64,000 nt of DNA from Pseudomonadota bacterium (GCA_040756595.1 JBFLYR010000004.1:22695-86694), one strand, 5' to 3'. Shown: positions 1 through 9,938, counted from the stretch's first letter. Notes: generated by a model from the sequence alone, not told the origin. Program-made: numbers and translations.

Positions 1-246
1 TTGACCTCAATCTTCTTCCTTGGCGGCTGGCTGTCGCCGGTCGGGTTCCTGCCTGACAGCATTGGCTGGCTGTTCCTGAAGATTGCAGCGCTGCTGTTCC
101 TCTTCCTCTGGTTCCGCGCGACCTTCCCGCGCTACCGCTATGACCAGATCATGCGCCTCGGCTGGAAGATCTTCATCCCGATCTGCATCGCGTGGATTTT
201 GGTCGTCGGCGTGTGGATGATGTCACCCCTGAATATCTGGAACTAA
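1..246 (+). CDS. nuoH: NADH-quinone oxidoreductase subunit H, C-terminal fragment (gene begins upstream of the window)
   Basis: The ORF is open at the window edge. Its hydrophobic C-terminus ([15 protein letters not shown]) is typical of NuoH/ND1, and nuoI-N follow in canonical order. Confidence 0.85.
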   Translation: MTSIFFLGGWLSPVGFLPDSIGWLFLKIAALLFLFLWFRATFPRYRYDQIMRLGWKIFIPICIAWILVVGVWMMSPLNIWN

Positions 247-253
247 GACGACC

Positions 254-742
254 ATGGGCGCAATCAAGGATTTCATCGGCAGCCTCTTCCTCAAGGATAT
301 GCTGCAGGGCATGGCGGTAACGGGCAAGTATTTCTTCGCCCGCAAGATTACCGTCCAGTACCCGGAAGAAAAGACGCCACTCGGCTTCCGCTTCCGTGGC
401 TTGCATGCGCTGCGCCGCTATCCGAACGGCGAAGAGCGTTGCATTGCCTGCAAGCTTTGTGAAGCGATCTGTCCGGCGCTGGCGATCACCATCGAGTCCG
501 CCGAGCGCGAAGACGGCACGCGCCGCACGACGCGCTACGACATTGACTTGACCAAGTGCATTTTCTGCGGCTTCTGCGAAGAGGCCTGTCCGGTCGATGC
601 CATTGTCGAATCGCACATCTTCGAGTACCACGGCGAGACGCGCGGCGACCTGCACTACACCAAGCAGATGCTGCTGGCCAACGGCGATCGTTACGAAGAA
701 GAAATTGCCAAGCGTCGTGCGCTGGACGCACCCTACCGGTAA
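254..742 (+). CDS. nuoI: NADH-quinone oxidoreductase subunit I (2x[4Fe-4S] ferredoxin type)
   Basis: 162 aa with two cluster motifs, [12 protein letters not shown] and [12 protein letters not shown]. Its position between nuoH and nuoJ fits. Confidence 0.95.
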   Translation: MGAIKDFIGSLFLKDMLQGMAVTGKYFFARKITVQYPEEKTPLGFRFRGLHALRRYPNGEERCIACKLCEAICPALAITIESAEREDGTRRTTRYDIDLTKCIFCGFCEEACPVDAIVESHIFEYHGETRGDLHYTKQMLLANGDRYEEEIAKRRALDAPYR

Positions 743-745
743 GCC

Positions 746-1384
746 ATGACCATGGAATTCAAGACTTTCATGTTCTATATGTTCGGGGCGATCATGCTGT
801 TCGCCTCGCTGCGCGTGATTACGGCACGGAACCCGGTGCATGCCGCCCTTTACCTCGTTTTGGCATTCTTCAATGCGGCAGGTATCTGGATGCTGCTGCA
901 GGCGGAGTTTCTCAGCATCCTGCTGGTGATGGTTTACGTCGGCGCGGTGATGGTGCTCTTCCTGTTTGTCGTCATGATGCTCGATATCGATCTGGTCCGT
1001 CTGCGCAGCGGCTTCTGGAGCTATCTGCCGCTGGGGGGCGTGATCGGCTTGCTGATGGTTGCCGAAATGGCACTGGTCCTGGGTGGAAAGTATTTCGGCG
1101 CGGCAGCGCTGCCGGGACAAACCCTGCCCGACGGCTACAGCAATACCAAGGAGTTGGGCCGGTTGCTCTATACCGAATATGTCTATCCTTTCGAACTGGC
1201 CTCCATCGTGCTGCTGGTCGGCATCATCGCCGCAGTCATGCTGACCTTGCGGCAGCGCAAGGACACCAAATACCAGAAGCCTTCCAAGCAGATTGCAGTC
1301 AGGCGAGAAGACTCCGTCCGACTGGTCAGCATGCCTGCGGAGAAGGATGAACCGGCAGAACCTGTGGAAAAGGGAGGCCAGTGA
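746..1384 (+). CDS. nuoJ: NADH-quinone oxidoreductase subunit J
   Basis: 212-aa polytopic membrane protein in the canonical operon position, with NuoJ-like [17 protein letters not shown] helices. Confidence 0.9.
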   Translation: MTMEFKTFMFYMFGAIMLFASLRVITARNPVHAALYLVLAFFNAAGIWMLLQAEFLSILLVMVYVGAVMVLFLFVVMMLDIDLVRLRSGFWSYLPLGGVIGLLMVAEMALVLGGKYFGAAALPGQTLPDGYSNTKELGRLLYTEYVYPFELASIVLLVGIIAAVMLTLRQRKDTKYQKPSKQIAVRREDSVRLVSMPAEKDEPAEPVEKGGQ

Positions 1385-1385
1385 C

Positions 1386-1700
1386 ATGCTGACAACGCTC
1401 TCCCTGTCGCATTACCTGATCCTCTCGGCGGTCCTCTTCGCCATCAGCATCGTCGGCATTTTCCTCAACCGCAAAAACCTCATCGTGCTGCTCATGGCGA
1501 TCGAGTTGATGTTGTTGTCGGTCAATCTGAACTTCGTTGCCTTCTCGCATTATCTGAATGATCTTGCCGGCCAGTTGTTCGTGTTCTTCATCATGACCGT
1601 GGCTGCCGCCGAAGCGGCAATCGGCCTGGCGATCCTGGTGGTGTTGTTCCGCAACCTCTCGACCATCCATGTCGACGATCTCGACAGCCTGAAAGGGTAG
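1386..1700 (+). CDS. nuoK: NADH-quinone oxidoreductase subunit K
   Basis: ATG at 1386 sits 8 nt after an AGGGAGG Shine-Dalgarno sequence. The 104-aa protein has three helices ([18 protein letters not shown]...) and lies in the operon position. The track ORF starting at 1293 is an upstream extension. Confidence 0.9.
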   Translation: MLTTLSLSHYLILSAVLFAISIVGIFLNRKNLIVLLMAIELMLLSVNLNFVAFSHYLNDLAGQLFVFFIMTVAAAEAAIGLAILVVLFRNLSTIHVDDLDSLKG

Positions 1701-1705
1701 TGCGC

Positions 1706-3727
1706 ATGAAACTGCTCTATCTCATCGTCCCGCTTGCTCCACTGTTCGGCGCAATCATTGCCGGGCTGTTCAGCAAGGCGATCGGCCGTGCTGGCGCGCA
1801 CATGGTCACGATTCTGGGTGTGGCGATTTCCTTCATTACATCAGTCCTCATCTTCAGAGACGTGATGGCCGGCAACACGTTCAACGGCGACCTCTATACC
1901 TGGCTGGAGTCTGGTGGCCTGTCGCTCAAAATCGGCTTCCTGATCGATCCGCTAACTGCGGTGATGATGATCGTCGTGACTTTTGTTTCCTTGATGGTGC
2001 ACATCTACACCATCGGCTACATGGCGCACGACGAAGAGAACTGGCCGACTGACAGCAAGGCGGGTACCAACAGCTATCAGCGTTTCTTCTCCTACATTTC
2101 GCTGTTTACCTTCTCGATGTTGATGCTCGTCATGAGCAACAACTTCGTCCAGCTCTTTTTTGGGTGGGAAGCGGTCGGTCTGGTCTCGTATCTGCTGATC
2201 GGTTTCTGGTCCACGCGCCCGACGGCGATTTACGCAAATCTCAAGGCCTTCCTGGTCAACCGCGTCGGTGACTTCGGTTTCCTGATGGGTATCGGCCTGA
2301 TCGCTGCGTACGCCGGCAGCCTCGACTACGCCACCGTGTTCGGCAAGTCGCGCGAACTGGCGACGCTGACCGAAGCCGTTACCGGTTGGCCGTTGATTAC
2401 CGCGATCTGCATTGGTTTGTTTATCGGTGCGATGGGCAAATCGGCACAGTTCCCCCTGCATGTCTGGCTGCCCGACTCGATGGAAGGCCCGACGCCGATC
2501 TCCGCGTTGATTCACGCCGCAACCATGGTCACGGCCGGCATCTTCATGGTTTCGCGCATGTCACCCCTGTTCGAACTGTCCGACACCGCATTGTCCATGG
2601 TCATCATCGTGGGCGCGATCACGACACTGTTCATGGCGCTGATCGCCATCGTGTCCACCGATATCAAGCGTGTGGTCGCCTACTCGACGCTGTCGCAGCT
2701 TGGTTATATGACCATGGCGCTCGGTGCGTCAGCCTACTCGGTCGCCATCTTCCACCTGATGACGCATGCCTTCTTCAAGGCGGTGCTATTCCTCGGTGCC
2801 GGTTCGGTGATCATCGCCATGCACCACGAGCAGGACATGCGCCGTATGGGTGGCCTGCGAAAATACATGCCGATTACCTATCTCACGGTGCTCATTGGTG
2901 CCATCGCCAACGCCGGTTTGCCACCGTTTGCTGGTTTCTTCTCGAAAGACTCGATCATCGAGGCGGTGCATCTGGCCAATGTGCCAGGTGCCGGTTTCGC
3001 CTACTTCTGTGCGCTCGCGGCGGTCTTTGTCGGTGGCCTGTACTCCTTCCGCCTCGTGTTCTTTGCCTTCCACGGCAAGGAGCGTTTCCGTGAAGCTGCG
3101 CATGGCCATGGGCACGATCATGACGATCACGGACATGGTCATGGTGTGCATGTGCCGCACGAATCGCCCAAGGTTGTGACCATCCCGCTGATCCTGCTGG
3201 CGATTCCGGCGATTGCATCTGGTTGGGTGATCGGTACGATGCTCTATGGTGGCTGGTTCGGCAATGCCATCTATATCGACGATGCTGTGCACAAGGGCAT
3301 GTCCACGATGGCGCACGAATTCCACGGCGTACTCGGCATGATGGCGCACGGTGTCACAACCTTGCCATTCTGGCTGGCGCTTTCCGGGGCTGTTCTGGCG
3401 TGGTTTCTGTACATCGTCCGTCCCGACCTGCCGGCCGTCATCAAGAAGAAGTTCGGCTTCCTGGCCACCATCCTTGAGAAGAAATATGGTCTGGACGAGT
3501 TTAACGAATGGTTCTTTGCCGGCGGCGCACGCGGTGTCGGTCGCGGTCTCTGGAAGGGGGGCGATCAGACGCTCATCGACGGCGTGGCGGTCAATGGTTC
3601 GGCACGTCTGGTCGGCTGGTTCGCCAGCGTCGTGCGCCTGATCCAGTCGGGCCACATCTATCAATACGCATTCTCCATGATCATCGGCGTCTTCGTGCTG
3701 CTGACCCTGTGGATGAACCGAGCCTGA
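1706..3727 (+). CDS. nuoL: NADH-quinone oxidoreductase subunit L
   Basis: About 673-aa antiporter-like subunit (WLPDSMEGPTPISALIHAATMVTAG motif). ATG 1706 is preferred over GTG 1700 because of the spacing from the GAAAGGG ribosome-binding site. It carries a His-rich loop at 3101-3160. Confidence 0.92.
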   Translation: MKLLYLIVPLAPLFGAIIAGLFSKAIGRAGAHMVTILGVAISFITSVLIFRDVMAGNTFNGDLYTWLESGGLSLKIGFLIDPLTAVMMIVVTFVSLMVHIYTIGYMAHDEENWPTDSKAGTNSYQRFFSYISLFTFSMLMLVMSNNFVQLFFGWEAVGLVSYLLIGFWSTRPTAIYANLKAFLVNRVGDFGFLMGIGLIAAYAGSLDYATVFGKSRELATLTEAVTGWPLITAICIGLFIGAMGKSAQFPLHVWLPDSMEGPTPISALIHAATMVTAGIFMVSRMSPLFELSDTALSMVIIVGAITTLFMALIAIVSTDIKRVVAYSTLSQLGYMTMALGASAYSVAIFHLMTHAFFKAVLFLGAGSVIIAMHHEQDMRRMGGLRKYMPITYLTVLIGAIANAGLPPFAGFFSKDSIIEAVHLANVPGAGFAYFCALAAVFVGGLYSFRLVFFAFHGKERFREAAHGHGHDHDDHGHGHGVHVPHESPKVVTIPLILLAIPAIASGWVIGTMLYGGWFGNAIYIDDAVHKGMSTMAHEFHGVLGMMAHGVTTLPFWLALSGAVLAWFLYIVRPDLPAVIKKKFGFLATILEKKYGLDEFNEWFFAGGARGVGRGLWKGGDQTLIDGVAVNGSARLVGWFASVVRLIQSGHIYQYAFSMIIGVFVLLTLWMNRA

Positions 3728-3740
3728 CGGAACCGACGAA

Positions 3741-5213
3741 ATGAGCTCTTCCCTTCTTAGTCTTGCCATCTGGGTTCCGATCCTCGGCGCCTTCGTGGTA
3801 TTTGCTGCCGGCAATGCCCAAAACCTGGCACGCTGGGCCGCACTGATTGCGGCGATTGCCGGTTTTGCCGTCACGGTTCCGCTCTACCTCGGTTTCGACG
3901 TTACCCAGGCGGGGATGCAGTTCGTCGAGCAGCGCGCCTGGATTCCGCGCTTCAACGTCGAATACTTCCTCGGCGTCGATGGTATTTCGGTGCTCTTCAT
4001 CCTGCTCAACAGCTTCATCACTATTTTGGTCGTGATCGCTGGCTGGGAAGTGATCAAGGACAAGGTCGCGCAGTACATGGGTGCTTTCCTGATCATGTCG
4101 GGCGTGATGAACGGCATCTTCAGTTCACTTGACGCAGTATTGTTCTACGTCTTCTTTGAAGCTTCGCTGATTCCGATGTACATCATCATCGGTGTCTGGG
4201 GCGGCCCGAACCGCGTTTATGCGGCCTTCAAGTTCTTCCTCTATACGCTGCTCGGCTCATTGCTGATGCTGATTGCGCTGATCTACCTGTTCCTCGCATC
4301 GGGTGGCAGCTTCAACCTGCTCGAATGGCACCAGCTCAGGGTCGAGATGACCCCGCAGATTCTTCTGTTCCTTGCATTTCTGGTTGCCTTCGCCGTCAAG
4401 GTACCGATGTGGCCGGTGCATACCTGGTTGCCTGATGCCCACGTCGAGGCGCCGACAGGCGGCTCTGTGGTCCTGGCGGCAATCATGTTGAAGTTGGGTG
4501 CCTACGGTTTCCTCCGCTTCTCGCTGCCGATCGCCCCGGATGCGAGCCACTATCTTGCGCCGATGATGATCACGCTGTCGTTGATAGCTGTGATTTACAT
4601 CGGGTTCGTGGCGCTGGTTCAGCTCGACATGAAGAAGCTGATCGCTTACTCGTCCATCTCGCACATGGGCTTCGTCACCCTCGGCTTTTTCATCTTCAAC
4701 CAGATCGGCTTGGAAGGTGCCTTGGTTCAGATGATTTCCCACGGCTTTGTTTCGGGCGCCATGTTCCTCTGCGTGGGGGTGATGTATGACCGCATGCACT
4801 CGCGGCAGATTGCCGACTACGGTGGGGTGGCGAATACCATGCCGAAGTTCGCCGGTTTCTTCATGCTCTTCGCGATGGCCAATGCCGGCTTGCCGGCCAC
4901 CTCGGGTTTCGTAGGTGAGTTCATGGTGATTCTGGGGGCGATCAAGTTCAACTTCTGGATCGGCTTCGCTGCAGCCATGACGTTGGTACTGGGCGCGGCG
5001 TATACGCTGTGGATGTACAAGCGTGTGATCTTCGGCCCGGTCGGCAACAAGCATGTCGCCGAACTGACTGACATTAACAGTCGAGAATTTCTCTTCCTGG
5101 CGGTACTGGCACTCTGCGTGCTGGCCATGGGTATCTATCCCTTCCCCTTCACCGAAGTGATGCATGCTTCTGTGGATAACCTGCTCAAGCATGTCGCGGT
5201 GAGCAAGCTCTAA
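3741..5213 (+). CDS. nuoM: NADH-quinone oxidoreductase subunit M
   Basis: 490-aa antiporter-like subunit (VHTWLPDAHVEAPTGGSVVLAAIMLKLG) in the operon position. Confidence 0.93.
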   Translation: MSSSLLSLAIWVPILGAFVVFAAGNAQNLARWAALIAAIAGFAVTVPLYLGFDVTQAGMQFVEQRAWIPRFNVEYFLGVDGISVLFILLNSFITILVVIAGWEVIKDKVAQYMGAFLIMSGVMNGIFSSLDAVLFYVFFEASLIPMYIIIGVWGGPNRVYAAFKFFLYTLLGSLLMLIALIYLFLASGGSFNLLEWHQLRVEMTPQILLFLAFLVAFAVKVPMWPVHTWLPDAHVEAPTGGSVVLAAIMLKLGAYGFLRFSLPIAPDASHYLAPMMITLSLIAVIYIGFVALVQLDMKKLIAYSSISHMGFVTLGFFIFNQIGLEGALVQMISHGFVSGAMFLCVGVMYDRMHSRQIADYGGVANTMPKFAGFFMLFAMANAGLPATSGFVGEFMVILGAIKFNFWIGFAAAMTLVLGAAYTLWMYKRVIFGPVGNKHVAELTDINSREFLFLAVLALCVLAMGIYPFPFTEVMHASVDNLLKHVAVSKL

Positions 5214-5225
5214 CGGCGCATAGCG

Positions 5226-6701
5226 ATGCTCAACAATTTCATCCCGCCCGATCTCTACCCGGCTTCAGCGGAAATCTTCCTGCTGGCCATGGCCTGCGCC
5301 ATCCTGCTGGTCGACGCCTTTATCGGCGCCGCCCAGCGCTGGATTACCGCTGCCCTGACCTTGGTGGCGCTGGTCGGCTGCGCCCTGATCACCTACCAGA
5401 CGATGGACGGGCAGGTGGTGCTGACTTTCAGCAACATGTTCGTCGATGACCTGCTGGCCGACTTCCTCAAGCTGATGCTGTACCTCGCGGTGATTGTTGT
5501 CATCGTCTATAGCCGCGACTATCTGGCTGCGCGCAACCTCGACAAGGGCGAGTACTACCTGCTGGTGCTGTTCGCCACCCTGGGCATGATGGTGATGATC
5601 TCGGCGGCGAGCTTCCTGACCATCTATCTCGGCCTTGAGCTGCTGTCGCTGTCGCTCTACGCCCTGGTCGCCATTGACCGCGATTCCCCGCGCGCGACCG
5701 AGGCGGCGATGAAGTACTTCGTCCTCGGCGCACTGGCTTCCGGCCTCTTGCTCTACGGCATGTCGATGGTGTATGGCGCTACCGGCACGCTGGAAATCGG
5801 TGGAGTCTCGCAGGCGCTGCATCTCGGCGTCGCAAACAAGACCGTGCTGGTCTTCGGCCTGGTCTTCATCGTTTCCGGCATCGCCTTCAAGTTGGGCGCC
5901 GTGCCTTTCCACATGTGGGTACCTGACGTTTATCACGGCGCACCGACGCCGATCACCCTGCTGATTGCCTCGGCACCGAAACTGGCTGCCTTCGCAATCA
6001 CGATGCGCATGCTGGTGTATGGCCTGTTCGAACTGGCCGAACACTGGCAGAGCATGCTGATGATCCTAGCGATGCTTTCGATCGCCGTTGGTAATCTTGT
6101 CGCCATCGCCCAGACCAATATCAAACGCATGTTGGCTTATTCGGCGATCTCGCACATGGGTTTCCTGTTGCTGGCCCTGATGAGTGGCGTGGTTGGCCCC
6201 GACAAGCACTTCGCGCTGAATGCCTACAGTTCCGCGATGTATTACGTGGTGGCCTACGTCATCATGTCGCTCGGCGCTTTCGGCACGGTGTTGCTGTTGT
6301 CGCGTGCCGGCTACGAAGCCGAGCATCTCGAAGACTTCAAAGGCCTCAACCAGCGCAGCCCGTGGTTTGCGGCGGTGATGATGGCAGTCATGTTCTCGAT
6401 GGCCGGCGTGCCTTTCTTCGTCGGCTTCTTTGCCAAGTTTTCCGTGTTGCTCGCCGTCGTCGATGCCGGCTACATCTGGGTTGCCGTATTCGCGGTCATG
6501 TTCTCGCTGATTGGCGCCTTCTACTACCTGCGCATCGTCAAGTTCATGTACTTCGATCCGCCAACCGATGCGGCGCCGATCACGGCCGGGCTCGACATGC
6601 GCTTCCTGCTGTCGGTCAACGGCGCTGCGGTGGCGCTGTTCGGCATCTTCCCCGATGCGCTGGTATCGCTTTGTACCTACGCTTTGCTGCGTTCGTTGTA
6701 A
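5226..6701 (+). CDS. nuoN: NADH-quinone oxidoreductase subunit N
   Basis: 491-aa antiporter-like subunit ([27 protein letters not shown]) and the last gene of the operon. Confidence 0.93.
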   Translation: MLNNFIPPDLYPASAEIFLLAMACAILLVDAFIGAAQRWITAALTLVALVGCALITYQTMDGQVVLTFSNMFVDDLLADFLKLMLYLAVIVVIVYSRDYLAARNLDKGEYYLLVLFATLGMMVMISAASFLTIYLGLELLSLSLYALVAIDRDSPRATEAAMKYFVLGALASGLLLYGMSMVYGATGTLEIGGVSQALHLGVANKTVLVFGLVFIVSGIAFKLGAVPFHMWVPDVYHGAPTPITLLIASAPKLAAFAITMRMLVYGLFELAEHWQSMLMILAMLSIAVGNLVAIAQTNIKRMLAYSAISHMGFLLLALMSGVVGPDKHFALNAYSSAMYYVVAYVIMSLGAFGTVLLLSRAGYEAEHLEDFKGLNQRSPWFAAVMMAVMFSMAGVPFFVGFFAKFSVLLAVVDAGYIWVAVFAVMFSLIGAFYYLRIVKFMYFDPPTDAAPITAGLDMRFLLSVNGAAVALFGIFPDALVSLCTYALLRSL

Positions 6702-6725
6702 TCCACCTCCTTCCCGAGTTTTGCC

Positions 6726-7415
6726 GTGTCCCGACTGCTGAAGTCGATACTTCTATTTGTTGCGATCGTCATCGCCTTGCTGGCAGCACCATTGCTGTTT
6801 ATCTCGGATGAGGGCAAGCCTGTCCAGCAACCTGCAGAGGGATTGCCATGGCAAATCGAATTGCTGGCCGAAGGCCGCACACGTGTTTTTGGTCTGTCGC
6901 CGGGGAGTAGTACGCTTGACGACGCACGCGCACGCTTTGGTCCCGATGCCCAGATTGCTATGATCATCGCCAAAGGCGAAACGGGTTCGATTGAGGCTTA
7001 CTACGAAAGCCTCACTGCAGGTTTTGTCACCGGAAAGATGATCCTCACGCTGGAAACGACGATCGAGCAACGCGAAGCGATGCTCAAGCGTGCCATCAAG
7101 GCTGAATTCATGGAAAGCACGACCCGACGCATAACTCTGGCTGAAAGCGACTTGCAATCACTGACACAGGCTAAGATTTCTGCACTCGCGTTCATCCCCT
7201 CGGCGAATCTTTCGGAAGAGGTCGTCCTGCAGCGTTTCGGCCCACCTGCCGAACGTGTCCGCTCAAGTGAGCATGCGGAGCATTTTCTTTATCCAGCCAA
7301 GGGGCTCGACCTGCGGCTGGATGCCAAGGGCAAGGAATTGCTGCAATATGTGGCACCCAGCGAATTTTCCCGTTTGCGCGACCCGTTGCTCGCGGCAGCG
7401 AAGCAGGGCGCTTAA
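6726..7415 (+). CDS. Hypothetical membrane-anchored protein
   Basis: 229-aa ORF with a GTG start and an N-terminal hydrophobic anchor (LLKSILLFVAIVIALLAAPLLF). I recognise no family. The codon usage looks coding. Confidence 0.55.
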   Translation: MSRLLKSILLFVAIVIALLAAPLLFISDEGKPVQQPAEGLPWQIELLAEGRTRVFGLSPGSSTLDDARARFGPDAQIAMIIAKGETGSIEAYYESLTAGFVTGKMILTLETTIEQREAMLKRAIKAEFMESTTRRITLAESDLQSLTQAKISALAFIPSANLSEEVVLQRFGPPAERVRSSEHAEHFLYPAKGLDLRLDAKGKELLQYVAPSEFSRLRDPLLAAAKQGA

Positions 7416-7708
7416 GCCTTGCCCTTGTCCGCTTCGCGCTGGGTTTCGTAAGCTGACGGGCTGACGCCTGCATGCGCGAGGAATTCGCGCAGATGCTTGA
7501 TATCCTGCCGGCCGAAAACGCTACCCTGGTGCGGGTGGTGCAGGAAGTATTCGTGGCGGTTCAGCAGTACGCGGAACCGCGCGCCATGCACCGGTTCGAC
7601 TTCGGCGCCCAGATGGTGGAGCAGGGATTCGATTTCGCGCCAGTGGATGTTCGCGCTGGGCGGGTCCTGGAACAAACTGCGCAACAGGTGCAGATGTTTG
7701 TGGCTCAT
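7412..7708 (-). CDS. Small HicA-like (YcfA/HicA-fold) protein with no adjacent HicB partner
   Basis: 98 aa. The pattern W.E.ESLL..LG......G..FRV.L.......HHPH......DIK.LREFL resembles HicA mRNA-interferase family proteins. This assignment is from memory of the family pattern only. Confidence 0.4.
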   Translation of the reverse strand: MSHKHLHLLRSLFQDPPSANIHWREIESLLHHLGAEVEPVHGARFRVLLNRHEYFLHHPHQGSVFGRQDIKHLREFLAHAGVSPSAYETQREADKGKA

Positions 7709-7718
7709 GATGTTCTCC

Positions 7719-7808
7719 TGGCGGAGGCGGTGAGATTCGAACTCACGAACGCCTTGCGACGTTGCCGGTTTTCAAGACCGGTGCATTCAACCGCTCTGCC
7801 ACGCCTCC
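7719..7808 (-). tRNA. tRNA-Ser (anticodon UGA)
   Basis: The reverse complement reads GGAGGCG..GCAGAGCGG.., with anticodon loop CTTGAAA, a long variable arm, a GTTCGAATC T-loop and CGCCTCC-G-CCA at the 3' end. Confidence 0.9.
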
Positions 7809-7820
7809 GATGCGAGACGA

Positions 7821-8165
7821 TTATAGCCCGCCAAGCGGTGCCAGTCCGTGGCGACGGCGCGCTTCATCGCAGGATTCGTCACCCATGCCGAGTGCCGACA
7901 GTGGCGCGAAATCACGGCATGCTGCAGGCCGCTGCGTGTAGATCGAGCAGCGTACCGCCTTGCCGATAGTACCCTCCAGCGCAATGCAGCGACCGGGGAG
8001 GTCGGGGTTGTCGCGCATGCAGGCTGTCGTCGGCGTGTAGGGCTCCGTCAGTTCGTCCGGTACCCACCCGCCGGGCCGGCTGGCCAGATCGACACGGGGC
8101 AGGGTGATGCGGAAGGTGGCACAGCAGGCGCCGCATCCGCAGCAAACGGAAGGTTCGTTTTCCAT
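7821..8165 (-). CDS. YkgJ-family (UPF0153) cysteine-cluster protein
   Basis: 114 aa with an N-terminal CCGCGACC cluster and further Cys residues (CMRDN..GRCIAL..RCSIY..ACRDF), as in the YkgJ Fe-S/Zn family. Confidence 0.7.
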   Translation of the reverse strand: MENEPSVCCGCGACCATFRITLPRVDLASRPGGWVPDELTEPYTPTTACMRDNPDLPGRCIALEGTIGKAVRCSIYTQRPAACRDFAPLSALGMGDESCDEARRRHGLAPLGGL

Positions 8166-8199
8166 GCCGCACAGCCTAGCAAAAAAGTCGCCCGCATCG

Positions 8200-8228
8200 T
8201 TGCGCGAAACTTCCGATTCGTCTAGAAT
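8200..8228 (+). promoter_or_regulatory. Candidate sigma70 promoter for tRNA-Val(GAC)
   Basis: TTGCGC (8200-8205), a 17-nt spacer, then TAGAAT (8223-8228). The -10 box ends 14 nt before the mature tRNA 5' end. Confidence 0.4.
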
Positions 8229-8242
8229 CCGCGCCTCGTTGC

Positions 8243-8319
8243 AGGCGGTTAGCTCAGCTGGTTAGAGCGCCACGTTGACATCGTGGAGGTCGTTGGTTCG
8301 ATTCCAATACCGCCTACCA
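8243..8319 (+). tRNA. tRNA-Val (anticodon GAC)
   Basis: Acceptor stem AGGCGGT/ACCGCCT, D-arm GCTCAGCTGGTTAGAGC, anticodon loop TTGACAT, T-loop GGTTCGATTCC and an encoded CCA end. Confidence 0.92.
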
Positions 8320-8332
8320 AATACCCTGAAAA

Positions 8333-8364
8333 GCCGTTCCGATTCCGGAGCGGCTTTTTATTTT
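8333..8364 (+). terminator. Rho-independent terminator after tRNA-Val
   Basis: Stem GCCGTTCCG / CGGAGCGGC (one G-U pair), loop ATTC, followed by TTTTTATTTT. Confidence 0.75.
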
Positions 8365-8514
8365 GCAATTCGCGCTGACCGAGCGTCGATGGCGTTAGCG
8401 CGAAGCCCGTCTGGAATTTTGGCGTCTCTCCGGAATTTTGATGCGACTCAAGGATCGGCGCGATTCAAAACGGAACAATGCACGGACTTTTCCGGTAACT
8501 TCCAGATCATCACC

Positions 8515-9426
8515 ATGATGCCTTTTCGCACTCTCACTTCCGCCCTGGTCGCCGCCATGAGCATTGCCCTGTCGACTCCGGCTGCCAGCGCGGATGCCGA
8601 CCCGTTGCGCGCAGCGGTTGCTGCCCTCGGCAACATCAACGGCCGCGCATTGGCCTGCGGCCACACCGAGGTCGTCAGCCGTGCCAAGGCCATTGTCATC
8701 GCCCGCGTAGCCAAAACGCGGGAGCTCGGTGAAGCCTTCGAGCAGGCGACCAGCGCGGCCTTCCTCGCCCAGGGGCAGCAAAAGACGGCGTGCCCGCCAC
8801 GTGCGGTGTTGGCGGTGGAGCTGGAAGTCGCGGCCCGTCCGCTCAACCCGCCGAATGCCCACCAGCTGGCCGCCACGCCCGAAACGCCGGAGGTCGGTAT
8901 CAACCCGCGCTACCTGCTGCAGGCCGCAAACGGCCGCGCCGTGATGGACGGCGACTTCAAGGACCGCTTCCAGCTGATTACCTTCGGCTACACCTACTGC
9001 CCCGACATCTGCCCGACCACCCTGCTCGAAATGGCTGCGGTGCTTAAGCAGCTCGGCGATGACGCGGCCAAGGTGCAGGCCCTTTTCATCTCCGTCGATC
9101 CCGAACGCGATACGCTGGCGCTGCTGCGCACCTACACCGAATTCTTCGACGCCCGCATCCTGGGTGCCACCGGCTCGCCGGAACTGGTCAAGCGCGCCGC
9201 CGACAACTTCAAGGTGCGGTATGAGAGGGTGATCGACCCCAGGCTCAATCCCGCCCATTACGCGGTCGATCACTCCGCTGGCATGTACCTGCTTTCGCCT
9301 GGCGGCCAGTTCCTCACCAAGTTCCCTTACGGCAAACCGGTGGGCGAGATCGTCGCCCGCCTGCGCGAAGAGATCGCCCGGCGGGCGCCCGCAGACGGTG
9401 CACCCATGCAAGGAGTAGCAAAGTGA
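8515..9426 (+). CDS. SCO1/SenC-family copper chaperone / thiol-disulfide oxidoreductase with an extra N-terminal domain
   Basis: The C-terminal 170 aa has the SCO signature FGYTYCPDICPTT and DHSAGMYLL. The start is set at ATG 8515 (signal-like MMPFRTLTSALVAAMSIALSTPAASA). The track ORF starting at 8275 overlaps the tRNA. Confidence 0.85.
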   Translation: MMPFRTLTSALVAAMSIALSTPAASADADPLRAAVAALGNINGRALACGHTEVVSRAKAIVIARVAKTRELGEAFEQATSAAFLAQGQQKTACPPRAVLAVELEVAARPLNPPNAHQLAATPETPEVGINPRYLLQAANGRAVMDGDFKDRFQLITFGYTYCPDICPTTLLEMAAVLKQLGDDAAKVQALFISVDPERDTLALLRTYTEFFDARILGATGSPELVKRAADNFKVRYERVIDPRLNPAHYAVDHSAGMYLLSPGGQFLTKFPYGKPVGEIVARLREEIARRAPADGAPMQGVAK

Positions 9427-9917
9427 ATCGATCCAAGCCCAACCTGATCCTGGCCGGCTTGCTCGCCACAGCCATCAACGCTGGAATCGCCCATGCTGCC
9501 GGCGCGGCCGACCAGATCACCGTCAACGATGCCTATATCCGCCAGGCGCCCCCCGGGGCCATGGCGACCGGCGCCTTCATGGTAATCCGCAACGCCGGCC
9601 CTGACGAAGTGCGGGTCGTCAAGGCAGCCAGCACAGTTTCGCGCTTCACGGAACTGCATACCCACCTCAACGAGGGCGGCGTCATGAAAATGCGCCAAGT
9701 AAAGGATATCCCCGTGCCGCCCGGTGGCGAAGCCGTGCTCAAACCGGGCGGCCTGCATGTCATGCTGATCGAAATGAGGCTTTCGCTCAGGGAAGGCGAC
9801 ATGGTGCCGATCACACTCGGCCTGGACGACGGCAGCAGCAAGGTGATCAGCGTGCCCGTGAGAAACCCCAGTTCAAGTGCCGGATCAATGGGCGGGATGG
9901 TTGGGCACAAGCACTAG
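9423..9917 (+). CDS. Periplasmic copper chaperone PCu(A)C (DUF461)
   Basis: 164 aa with a GTG start overlapping the SCO stop codon. It has a signal peptide and the PCuAC motifs MATGAFMVIRN and H..M.M (HVMLIEM). Confidence 0.85.
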   Translation: MNRSKPNLILAGLLATAINAGIAHAAGAADQITVNDAYIRQAPPGAMATGAFMVIRNAGPDEVRVVKAASTVSRFTELHTHLNEGGVMKMRQVKDIPVPPGGEAVLKPGGLHVMLIEMRLSLREGDMVPITLGLDDGSSKVISVPVRNPSSSAGSMGGMVGHKH

Positions 9918-9938
9918 GATTCGATTCCAGCGCCGCTG

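Noticed and set aside
173-1387. Long antisense or off-frame ORFs in the six-frame track, for example 173-1387(-), 2786-3874(-), 16006-17094(-), 29630-32284(+), 35761-38220(-), 55689-57149(-) and 57780-59228(-).
   Set aside because: They lie opposite or out of frame to genes with clear family motifs. They translate to Arg/Pro/Gly/His-rich low-complexity protein, which is typical of shadow ORFs in high-GC DNA.
6726-7808. The idea that the nuoN to tRNA-Ser interval is an integrated genomic islet.
   Set aside because: No integrase is present, there is no direct repeat of the tRNA 3' end, and there is no clear compositional break.
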